Below the pieces are notes generated by a model. It did no database searches. It worked only from the letters and a program-made list of their open reading frames with translations, and was not told the DNA's origin. Shown piece by piece: positions 25,591 through 36,824 of a stretch of 60,000 bases of DNA (the stretch's first letter is position 1; each line of letters begins with the position of its first letter). The DNA is from Mobula hypostoma. Taxonomy: Eukaryota. Where the stretch lies: positions 196,108,001-196,168,000 of the forward strand of contig NC_086097.1 in assembly GCF_963921235.1 (NCBI RefSeq), read 5' to 3'. Made by a program: the position numbers and the translations under genes.

Positions 25591-27124
25591 GTGGTATATT
25601 ACCAACGTCCATTGATGGCATGACACTGAATAATTTTGAAATATGGGGAAAACTGGTAACATGTTAACAGAATCTATGTCCCTGCCACCAAACATGAGGA
25701 GCCTGGAATTCCTTTATGAACATTATCAAAGCATTTCTTCACTATTGAGTTATTAATCTGGCTGGCAGTGGCATTTATTTTTAATAGTTATATGATATAC
25801 TGCCTGATATACAATGTGGGTCTTAATGAATGATGTTGCAATCCATGACATTTTCCAATTTAGTTTGGCATTTCTGGTATTGGAAAGAAGCGCGAACTAT
25901 TTTTACTCACTGTGGTAACTGCCTTTGGAGAGCTTTAGCAGAAGTCCCTTAAAAAGGATGATCAAAAGACAGGAAATAATAAAACACATTAGCGCTAAAT
26001 GTTATTATCCTTTCTCATTACAGATTCGATCTTAGTCAGCCAACATGTTGCAAAGCAGCCTGAAACATATATCTGGGCTCAATGTCAGTTGTTGAGTTAC
26101 AGGAAATATAGTCAATTTATTCAGATAGGAATCCAAAGAATAGAGGAAGAATAATGTAGAACAGTTCAGCAGCTTCTCCCAAAGTACATAGAACAATACA
26201 TTAGAAAAATGCAAAGCAACACAAAATGCAAAGAGGTGAGGGCCATACAAATGTTGTGCATCATTTAAATCTCTGATTTGAAGCAGTGCTGTTGCAATCA
26301 CTTGATTGATGATGGAATTACACTATCATCTCTACTTTATGTATTATTATCACTGGACGCAATATTTCTTTAAGAGATTGATCAAGGCCTTTTAAGTGGT
26401 AGTTTGTATATTATTAGCACATTACATTTGATCTTGTTTTGCTCAACTTGGAATGTTAACAAAACATTTTCTACATATATTAATATCGTACATTGTTGTC
26501 ATAGGTATACACTTTTAGATTGCATACACTTTGATGAGAATGGATCCCACAGAGTAAGTAATGGTAATATTGAGGATCAACATGGACATTGTTCTGAGGA
26601 ATTTGACACAATTTCCCTTCCAATTTAATTCCCGGGATTAGTTACAATGTTACTATATAGAAAAGGCAATATTAAAAAAGCTGACTTTTGCATCTTTAAG
26701 GGGTAGTTTGGTAAAAATATTTTGGCTTTAAATTCCAAATGCTGAGAAGTAGTTCTGCGAATGCATTTTTCTGGAGTACTTCCCTACACGCTGCATTGGG
26801 AGCAGCCAGTGAACTTTTGTACATTCTGCTTCCTCTCTTCCAATTTGTCTGATTAGAGGATAGGAAATCAGTTTTCTATGTCAAAAGGTTAAAGCAGCAA
26901 CGACTAGTGAGGACATGCTGTCATGCAAAACTACATTCCGGGTGTCTTTTAAGAGAACATATGATATTCGTCTTCAATTTTGATTATAAATTCTTCAAGT
27001 GGTTATGGTCAAATATACAAATTGGCATATACTAATCAGAAAAAATTTACAATGATATATCTAGCATAGGCTGCCTCTTAGTAAATATTAGGAGCTAATC
27101 TCATTAAATTGATGGCATTGCGTG

Positions 27125-27490
27125 CATGGTCGCGTAGCAGTCAGTGTGGTGCTACTATAGCCCTGGGCATTCCAGAGTTCAGAGTTCGATTCCAGTGCCA
27201 TTCTGTAAAGAGTTTCTGTACGTACTCCCTGTGGAATGCACAAGTTTTCCCCAGGTCCAGGTGCTCCAGTTCCCTCCCACAGCCCAAACACATACCGGGG
27301 TGGTTAACCTGTCATTGTCAATTGTCCTGTGATTAGATTAGGGTTAATCAGGGTTGTCGGGGTTATTGAAGGAGCATGGCTCGAAAAGCCGGAAGGAGCT
27401 AGTTTGTGCTGTATCTATCAATCAAACAATAAACAAATAAGTAGATAAATAGAGCAATAGATAGATGAATGAATGAATGAATAAATAAAA
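27125..27490 (+). mobile_element. V-SINE with simple-repeat tail
   Basis: tRNA-like head (gagttcgattcc), V-domain ggtgctccagttccctcccacagcccaaa, and an (AAAT)/(GAAT)-type tail. Confidence 0.8.
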
Positions 27491-28059
27491 TAGATTCCAA
27501 TAGCCAGCATTCATCCATGACAAAGAGAGCCTAATTGCCTTGCTGTTTCAGGCTGATAAAATATCCACATAGGACATTTACTGTAGAAGCTTACTATATT
27601 TCACTGCTTCTGAGCATGAGGTCCAAATCATCAGATGGTGTGAGCATTTTAGAGTGTATTGATAGTTTTAATAGCTGTTTATCTGTCTTTTCCTGTTAAG
27701 TTTCTATTCCTCTTAATCTCTGATTTTCAAAAACCCTGTAGATCAAGTGGTAATTTATTCAATTTTCTTTCCTAAATAATTCCTGTAAAGATACTTGTTC
27801 TGATTGATGTGCTTGCTCCTGCGTCTCCCCAAGGTCTTTGCTATTGATGTGTGAGTCTTACAGTTCCATGTTGACGATTGCATTTAATCATAGCAATATC
27901 TGTGATTCAGGTGCAATTACTGACAAGGACATACTGAATAACCAGAATACTAATATCACATCAGCTGAATGAATGCAAGGAGTTGTCTGTCTACTCTGAC
28001 ATGACCACATTTAATTAACATCTCATAATCAAGGATTTCTTGTTAAGAGGATCCTGTGC

Positions 28060-28365
28060 AAATTTATTTATTTAGTGATACAGAGCTGAGTCAGCCTTTC
28101 GAGCCACACTGCCCCAAAACCCCACAACCCCAATTAACCCCAGAACCACACAACCCCAATTAACCCCAGCCTCATCACGGGTAAATTTAACCTTCCCGGT
28201 GTGTCTTTGGACTGTGGAGGAAACCTGAGCACCTGGGGAGAACCCAGTATTCCACGGGGAGGACATACAGACTCTTACAAAATGGTGCCGGAATTGAACT
28301 CCGAGCTCTGGTACACCCCAAGCTGTGATAGTGTGATGCCAACCACTACTCTGGCGTGGCGTCCA
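28060..28365 (-). mobile_element. V-SINE
   Basis: tttatttatttag tail, gtctttggactgtgg V-domain, ggaattgaactccgag head; small internal tandem duplication (caaccccaattaacccc). Confidence 0.8.
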
Positions 28366-28379
28366 GTCATGGTACACAT

Positions 28380-29900
28380 TCATAGGTAAAGGATTGGTGA
28401 ACAAACATTCAACTTTGAAATTTAGGAATCTGATCGAGAAGGTGTGCAGGAACAGAAGAACCTTGGGTTATGGGTGCACAGGTTATTGAAAGTAGCAGAC
28501 CACTTGAGAAAGCTGTTCATAATGCTTAAACAATTCTAGACTTTAACAGTAGAGATATAGAATATAAAAGCATGGAGATCATGCCAAATCTTCATAGAAC
28601 ACTGACCAGGACTTAGATCTCAACAGTAGTATTGCATTTAATTCTAGTCACCTCTGTTATAGAAAGGATGTGAAGGCATTACAGAGGGTCCAGGTAAGTT
28701 ACAAGAAAGATAAACACAAAATAATCTGCAGATGCTGGGGTCAAAGCAACACTCAACATGCTGGAGGAACTCAGCAGGTCGGGCAGCATCTGTGGAAACG
28801 ATGAGTCGACGTTTCAAGCCGGAACCCTTACGAAGTTCTGATGAAGGGTTCTGGCCAGAAATGTCAACTCATCATTTCCACGGATGCTGCCCAACCTGCT
28901 GAGTTCCTCCAGCATGTTGAGAGTGTTGCAAGAAAGGTAGATTGGTACTGCTTGTTTTTTTTTCTTTAATAAGGAAAAGAGAGAGACCTGATTGGTTAGA
29001 AAATGATGAGGCACCTTGGCAGAGAGGATAATCAGAAACCAGTCCCTTTGTTGGACAAGCTGCAGGTTGCAGATAAGAACTAAAGGAAAAGGGAATTAAT
29101 GGCAACATGGGGAATTTCTTTTTAAAACAATGCATGTTGGGAATCTGAATGTTAAGCACCACCATGGCATTCAAAGGGAATTGAAGAATTACATGGGAAG
29201 CAAAAAGAAACTGAAAGGTTTTAGGGAAGGGGACTGGGAGTGGAAGTGCTGAGTTGTTTTGGCAGAGCGTAGACAGCATCAGCCAATAGCACTTCTTCTG
29301 TACTGCAACCTTTCTATACATCTAAGCCTTGCTACAATGGTGCTGGTCGTGGAATCACAGCTGGACTTCCAGGTATAGTTTTGATCTCCTTAATTTAAGA
29401 GAGTTATCCTTGTGAACATTTCCATAAAGTTCTCAGGTTTTATTCTTGAGATGTAGGTGTTATCTCTGGAGCTTTACTCTCTGTAAATGACAAGAATGAG
29501 AGATGGACACATTGAAACATATACGGTTGATGATAGATGTTATGAAAATGTTTCCCTTAATCAGTACATCTGGAAGTACAGGTTATTATTTCACAATAAG
29601 AGATTACCAATATATGACTGAGATAAGGAGAAATTTCTTCTGTTGGCAGTTTGTGAACCTTGAGAAATCTCAATCTATTCCAACTGTTCGTTCTCTACAG
29701 CTCTTGAGGAGAACGAACAGTTGGAATAGATTGAATTTTGGACTATGGATTTAATAGGATTGTGGGGAACAAACAGGAGAGAGAAACTGAGGCCAATATC
29801 AAATTTGCAACGATAATATCTTGTTGCTTGCCAGAACAGACTCCAGGGAGGGTTTGGATCACTCCCACTCCTACTTATTATGTTTCTATGTTCTTATGTC
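28380..29900 (+). mobile_element. Old CR1 3' fragments surrounding the palindrome
   Basis: Decayed DLG..VHR.LKVA and RKDVKALQRVQ remnants, RRNFF, and a ttctatgttcttatg tail near 29890. Confidence 0.6.
28707..28929. repeat. Palindromic Penelope-type element (about 84-bp inverted arms) with hammerhead-like core
   Basis: gcaacactcaacatgctggaggaactcagcagg...aaccctt (28746-28829) is mirrored by aagggtt...cctgctgagttcctccagcatgttgagagtgttgc (to 28929); CTGATGA at 28838 and GAAA at 28858. Confidence 0.7.
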
Positions 29901-31339
29901 TCACCTTCTGAGAAATAACAATGCCAACTACTGATGGTCCAAATCAAATAAAATTGAAATAAAACAAGATCTAAGGGAAATGCTTAAGAACCTAAGGATG
30001 TGCCAGGTAAGCTTCTATTTTTTTTAAAACACAGTGGTGAGCTGAAGGGCTGTACCGTCCACGTTCAACACAGTTACAGAAATATCCGCCTGAAATTCTT
30101 CAGTGTATTTTCAAGCTGAATAGAAATATTTATTTTTTACTTGAAAAAAGACATGTGAACAATCCCTCAGCTGGCTTAAGGAAATATCTTGAAGATTTAT
30201 TGACAATAAATGTCTGCATTGAGAGAAGAAAGAAACTGAAAGCAATATAAACAAATGGTACAAGTGAGTATTGGGTAATGCCTTCAGAGACTCCGAATTT
30301 GTGACCTAAACAATGCAGAGTTATTTTCACCTCTGTTGGAATTTCCTGCAGTGACCCAGTGGTGACTGCCTGTACTATCTGGATTTAATTACTGGATATC
30401 TTATATATTTTTTAAATGGTACAAATACCAGAACTCAGAGAAACATGTCTCACTTGGGGTCAGCATAGAGGTTTGTAGCCCAAACTGTTCCATGCTGTCA
30501 ACACAAAAAGAATGTGATGTTGCAAGATTTGAAAGGAAGTAAAATCCAATAGAGGAAAGGAAATTGCCAGCTTTCATTACAACTAATCGCTATTTGTCTG
30601 CAAAGGAATTCATAATAATGTTATCCAAAAGTCATGGTTAAAGGAGATACAAGAGGCCATCAGGATTCTTTTACTGTCCAGAAGCATGCATTCCAGCAAA
30701 TGGCAATTTAAAGTGAATGATAACGCTATGCAATCATAATGTTGTGATTGCACTAGGATAAGAATGGCAGGAGGAGAGGAAAGAAGGAACTCAGTTAAAC
30801 TGCTTGCAGTTTTCAAAGAAATGTATTGTCTAAAGATTTGATCATAGGCATTCCCATAAAAATATAGCTTTTAAGAGAACAGATATATTGTGGTTATTAT
30901 TTTATCATGGTGTTTCTATTAACAATTCAGTGAAAGACACACACTGAGGGAAAATTATAGTAATTTTAACACTGATATTTGGTTAATAAAAGGAAAAGGA
31001 AAATGGCTGGATCATGGCCTTTAGTATTCCTGGAGCAGGATTGCCAGGGTACTATTGTATCTCTTGCACAAAAATGTGAACAAAACTTTATTGATTCCAG
31101 TTCTAATACTTTACATGCAATTAAAACATACAAGAGTTATATTAATGAGAAACAGTTTGTTTTCTAAAGCAAAATTAGAACTAGCAATGACATTTCTTCA
31201 TCTTTTGCCGGTGCTTATGTACAGCAAGTCAATTTTAAGTTGTTATAAACTAGTACAAAGTTCACCAGAATAATGTGGTAAATCTACTCTGTTACAAAGT
31301 TTCCCATTTACACCTGGCAAAAAGCCTTCCTTATCTATG

Positions 31340-32250
31340 GTAGCAACTGTTCTGCAATAAACTTAATTAGTGGTATTCAAGAAAGAAGGCAAACAGAAAG
31401 CAGGAATCTATAGACCAGTTGGTCTAACATGTCATTGCAGAAATGCTGGATTCAATTATTAAGGAGGTGATAACAGAACGTTGAGAAAAATATAAGCAGA
31501 CAAGCAGTGTCTTTCTTTCTTTTTTCAATCTTTTTATTGATTTTTTTGAAAAAGTGTGTATACAAACAAGAGATTGTAACAGTAACAGTACATACAGAAG
31601 GTAAAATAAACAATATCAGAATCACACAGTGATCTACAAAGTATAAATTTGATATAGAAAGTATAATAGAGAAAAAAATGTAATTCATTCTCCTCATATC
31701 AATTTATGAAGAAAAGCAGAGTCAACATGGTTTTATAAAAGGGAAATTATGTTTTAAAAAAATAAAAAATCTGTAGATGCTGGAAATAAAAAGAAAATAT
31801 TTTAAATCTCTATCAGAATTCAGTGAAGGTCTTTGCCCTGAAACTTTTACTGTTTCCTTTTCTACAGATGCTGTCTGACCTGTCAAGTGTTCCTAGGGTT
31901 TTTTCTCTTTTATCATGCTTGACAAAGTTGTTAGGGTTCATTGAGGCTGCTCTGTTTTTTTTACCCAGGTTGGGGAAATCATAACGATGAAGGCACTTAA
32001 TGGGAACCTGAGGGGCAACTTTCTGATCCAGAGAGTGGTCAAAATATGGAATAAGCTGCCAAAGCAAGTGACTGAGGCAGATATATTAACATCGAAAAGG
32101 TACATTGTCAAGGATTATGGAAAAGAAAGTTTTAGTGGGATAAAGGCTGAACACGAGCAAATGGGACTTGTTTAGTTGGAATCTTGTTGGGCAGGGACCA
32201 TTTGGGCCGGAGAGCAGCTTTTCATGCTGTGTGACTCTATGACTATGACG
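31340..32250 (+). mobile_element. Old CR1 fragments hosting small insertions
   Basis: QHGFIKGKLC remnant, ORF 31987-32175 LRGNFLIQRVVKIWNKLP, and a gactctatgactatg tail. Confidence 0.7.
31512..31713 (-). mobile_element. Short A-tailed retro-insertion (L1/Tx1-like 3' end)
   Basis: T-rich tail with a reverse AATAAA (tttttattg); flanked by aagcagtgtc (31502-31511) and aagcagagtc (31714-31723). Confidence 0.6.
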
Positions 32251-34424
32251 ACCACCCTTCCTAAATCCTGCTTTAATTCCCTTTTTTTCCCCCTTCTATG
32301 TCCTTCACACTTTTTGCTGCCTTTAATGACTTTGATTCCTTAATTCCATCACCTCCTTTTAGTGATGTAATAGGTTATTTGATCAATATTACCAATTGTC
32401 AAACCCATCATCCTTTCAGCTAAAGAATTGTTATCCCACCGCAGTGCCTGCACGTGCTCTTTACTGAACCCAGTCTCTGTTACTGCCAAGACCCATGTGG
32501 TGATTTGTGCCTGTGGTTCACTTACTTTGCTGTTGCACAATTTCGCTTCAAACACTAAGCTGCTATTCAGAACCTGCTATTTTTGTACTATTTTTAATCT
32601 AATTCTAAATGGCTCTCCAAGGTCTGTTTTTCCTCTGTTTTATCCTGGGACCTATCTTCTGCCAAATCAACTTAAATGCTCTCAAGAACCAGCAAAAGAC
32701 ATTTTAAATTGTCTTGTTTTGAAATAGCACAGTGCCTCATTAAGTCAATTATCTCTAAATTCTTGTCACTTGAATTTTTTTTTATATAAAGTCTTTACCT
32801 TGCCCTCTCTCTATAATGTAGTAAACATAGTTTCAGAGACACAATGGAGGGGCTACATATGCTATGAAACTGGTATGAGCACAAAGCAACATTTACTTTA
32901 GCACTGTTTAGGAATGGTAGCCTGGAATTAAAGCCTCACATTCCAACTGTAGAAGCTGGGGTTAAGGAATGGTCTTGCAGCTTTGACTTTTTAATTCAAT
33001 ACCAGCATGCCTCCAGTATCTTGATTTTCTATCTGTTACAATTAAACCTTTAGGCCATCTGTTTGCCATCAGTGTTTACATCACAGTGGACATCTGAATT
33101 CTTAGGTAACTTAAAACACATGTGCATTTCTGTTGAAAAATTCATTACACGGCAATTTACTACCACTGACAGCTTCAAGCAAGCAGAATACTTTTAGAAG
33201 CTATTGAAAACCTGAAGCGCAAATCTTCGGATCTGTAACAGTGCATAGATTCAGAACATTAAATCGTGCTATTAAATTATTCACCTGATGGAGGAACAAA
33301 TTTTTTAAATCTAACTGACAATCATTTCAGTATTTGTACACTATACAAATGAGTCACAGGTGGCAACATTTGTATCATCATATTGATATGAGATTGTAAA
33401 AGAATATAAAATCAATTATGTTCTCCTACTACGTTATTTGAGAATGATCTGATAAAAGGAACACAATGGAAGTAATTGAAGACTGTGAAGACCAAGAAAT
33501 AACTTCCAGAAACCACCTTGCACTGAAAATGGCACTTGCTAACTTGTCCTCAAAATTATTGCCTAAATTGGTCTCATAAGCCCAAAGGCGTGTACCGCAA
33601 TTTTAATGATGGATTCCGCCTGTAATAATATTGCTGTCTGAAACCCAGTAAGTGTAAGTGAGGTTTTACTGTTTACTCCATTCATGTTGTCCGTTGGCAC
33701 TAATATGAAAAATTACAGCTTGTGTCCTACAGTGGAAATACAGGATGGAGTAAGTAAACTTCCTTAAAAAGATTCATTCGAATATCTGTGTAAGGTTTCA
33801 CTTTAGACTAAATGACAGCTTCGTGGGAAGAAGCCCAAATATAGTTACATTACAGTCCTGTTTCATTTATGGCACCCTCAGCTCATTAAATTGCAGACAA
33901 TTCTGAAACATTACTCAACTACCTATGGCGTGCAATTTAACAGATAAAGATTGCAGTTAATTTGTTGGAATTGCTGGTGTTCGGGCCAGAATTATGTTTC
34001 GTGTCTGTCAAAGAGCTGGAGAGCAACAGTAACTGATGGTAATGGGTTTGCTCTCCGCAATGTACTAAACTTAAAAAAGGATCTTAAACCTTATCGGATA
34101 TAGATGTCTATGGGAACCCTCACTAAGGGGAAGTTATACTGTAGCCACCTACTCTTCAAAGGCTAGATCACTTCCCTGTGCTGAAAATACCCACTATATG
34201 AATGGGGTTCTCCACCCCTGCCCCACCGAGGAGGAGATACTTCCAGCTAAAACGGTGAGTTTAAACACAGTCCATTTATTTTCAGTGATACATGTTTAAA
34301 TCCAGACAAAATTCTTAAAACATATTTAAAACTCAGAGGCTTTCTTATGAAAGATTTCACAATTATGTCATGGTACCATAGTGGTTGCTGCCCTACATGC
34401 CAGAGAAGTAACAGGCAGTAAGTA

Positions 34425-34715
34425 AGCATAGTATTTAGCACGACATTATTACAGCTGGGAGCATTCCGGAGTTTGGAGTTCAATTCCGGCTCTGTTCTGT
34501 AAGCAGTCTCCGTACATCTTCCCTGTAGAATGCATGGACTATCCCTGGGTGGTCCAGTTTCCTTCCACAGTCCAAAGATGTACTAATAGGTTAACTGATC
34601 ATGGTAAATCGTCCAGTGATTAGATTAAGATTAATCGGGTTGTGGGGTTGCTGGGCGAAATGACTTGAAGTGCCAGAAGGGTGTACTCCATACTTTATTG
34701 CTAAATAAATAAATA
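34425..34715 (+). mobile_element. V-SINE
   Basis: ggagttcaattccgg B box, ccagtttccttccacagtccaaaga V-domain, (taaa)n tail. Confidence 0.8.
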
Positions 34716-36544
34716 TTTCTAAAACGGTACAATTCCATGAAACTAAAAAGGTATACTGTACCAACAAGTTGCAGACAAAGGAATCATCGGTTGCAGAAAT
34801 TGAAGGCAAAGGAATCTTTCTGTCATTCTTCTTGCTGTTCCTTGACTATTCCTAACACACCTGAATGCTGTCTTACATTTATGCTGTTTCTCTGCCACCT
34901 GGGTGACCTCACTCGCATGGGGAAAGTTTTCAGATAGCTTTTGCACAAGCAGTCTATAAACTTCTAGGGACAGAGTTCTCAGACATTCATAATTCATGTT
35001 GTGAAGCTGACTCTTTGAATACACAAATCTTCTAACTATTAATAGATCACCTATTTCATGTGCTAAGTGAGAGCATCAATCTGCTTTGCAAGCTTCATCG
35101 AACTAAATAACTTAGCTAATGTCGTCTAGTTTGATGCATCCCTAATTAACACAACCCCATTGTCTTACACTGCATCTCTTAAGCAATGAACCTTGTGCTG
35201 TGGGTCAGCATCCTGCACTCTATAGATGATGCTAGCAACACACACAAAATGCTGGTGGAAGATGGGTGTTTGCGTCTATGGATAATGCTATTTGTTTTCA
35301 AAGCTGTCCTTTTAAATTCAGACTGATGATTGCTTGTCATTTACATGAAGAATTGAATACTGGCTCCTGTTTACGACAAGAAGCTGAACAAAGAATATTG
35401 GTTAGAAGTTTAATTTACTCAAAGCAGCTGTTTGATTTCTACAAAGGTCAGCTGCTACGTTAGAAAAATAAGTGTGGCAAACAAGGCCCCTGGCCTGGAG
35501 AGTGAGTATCCATTACAAAGCCACAGAGGGGGAGCAGTGAGGGGGTCTCAGAATTCCTTTCAGAGAGTGGAGAAAATGTTGTTCAAATTTAGAACAACAT
35601 ACCTCCTTACCACACCCCATAAAATCATGCTGAGAAAACTTCACTATGTTAATCACCTCAGGTGAAATTGGAATGAGAAAGATTTAAAAAGCATGTTTTA
35701 AGAGTTTTACACATCAGAGCTGGCTTTTGCCTTCATGTAATTGCTTACTTGAAATACCTTTGACAATTTGACAGCTAGTTTGGGCAATCAACCACATAAC
35801 AATGTTCACTAATTTCACTCCCCACTGCAAACTACCATGTGGCACCCCAGCCTAGGCCAGAAGCCCCAGGAAAGATGTGGTTTCACTCACTCTTCAGGAA
35901 ATAACCTTTTTTAGAATGGAATGGCTGAATGGCAGGGAACCTCAGTTGATGTCCCAGCTATCAATGCAAGCACAGTTGGAAGATGGCTGGGTCAGTGACT
36001 GGCAAACCAGTGCATCTGAAGGGCCACTATTCAACTGGAAACAAAAGGTGAAGAAAGGTCTTAAGCACTATTTAACAATCAGAGGAGTGAATTCCAGTGT
36101 TTGACAAATTCAGTAAAACAATGGATCACTAGATTATGCTGTGATTAGAGTGGAAAAGTCTTCAGGGTCAGAAATAAAAGAAGCTTATAAAAAAGTCTCC
36201 AGAACCCGTTGAATATTTTGTTGGTGGCACTGGGCAGCTTGCAAAACTTATAAATATGCAACTAATGAACTACTCTCACTGCAGTCTGTAATTTCCCTTT
36301 AAGTAACACACTTTTGAACATTCTTAGCGAATGAGAGGTTTTACGATATTTTGCAATCAAGTAAAGTAGAAGAGATCCAGGTACAGACTCTGGAAATGTG
36401 ATGACAATTCCAGATCAAACTTGAATCACTGAAGGATGCTTAACAGCTGTAGCACGGCTTAGATGCTACCACCTCCAGCAAAGTGAAGCCAAGCAACACA
36501 GGTGACACAAAGGTTTCACTCTCAGATGCCTTTCACGCTGGCTT

Positions 36545-36820
36545 TATTTTATTCACTTAGCGATACAATGTGGATCAGGCTCTTCTGGCCCTTCGTGCCA
36601 CGCTGCCCCAGCAACCCCAGACAAACCCAATTAGCCCTAACCTAATCACGGGACAATTGGACAACAATGTCTAACTAACCTACCTGGCATGTGTTTGGAC
36701 TGTGGGTGGAAACTGGAGCACCCATGAATTCCCCAGGAGGATATACAGACTGCTTACAGCTGGCTATGGGAATTGCAGTCTGAACTCCGAAATGGCCCAA
36801 GCATTAATAGCATGGTGCTT
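36545..36820 (-). mobile_element. V-SINE
   Basis: tttggactgtgggtggaaactggagcaccc with a tttattttatt tail. Confidence 0.75.
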
Positions 36821-36824
36821 TGAC

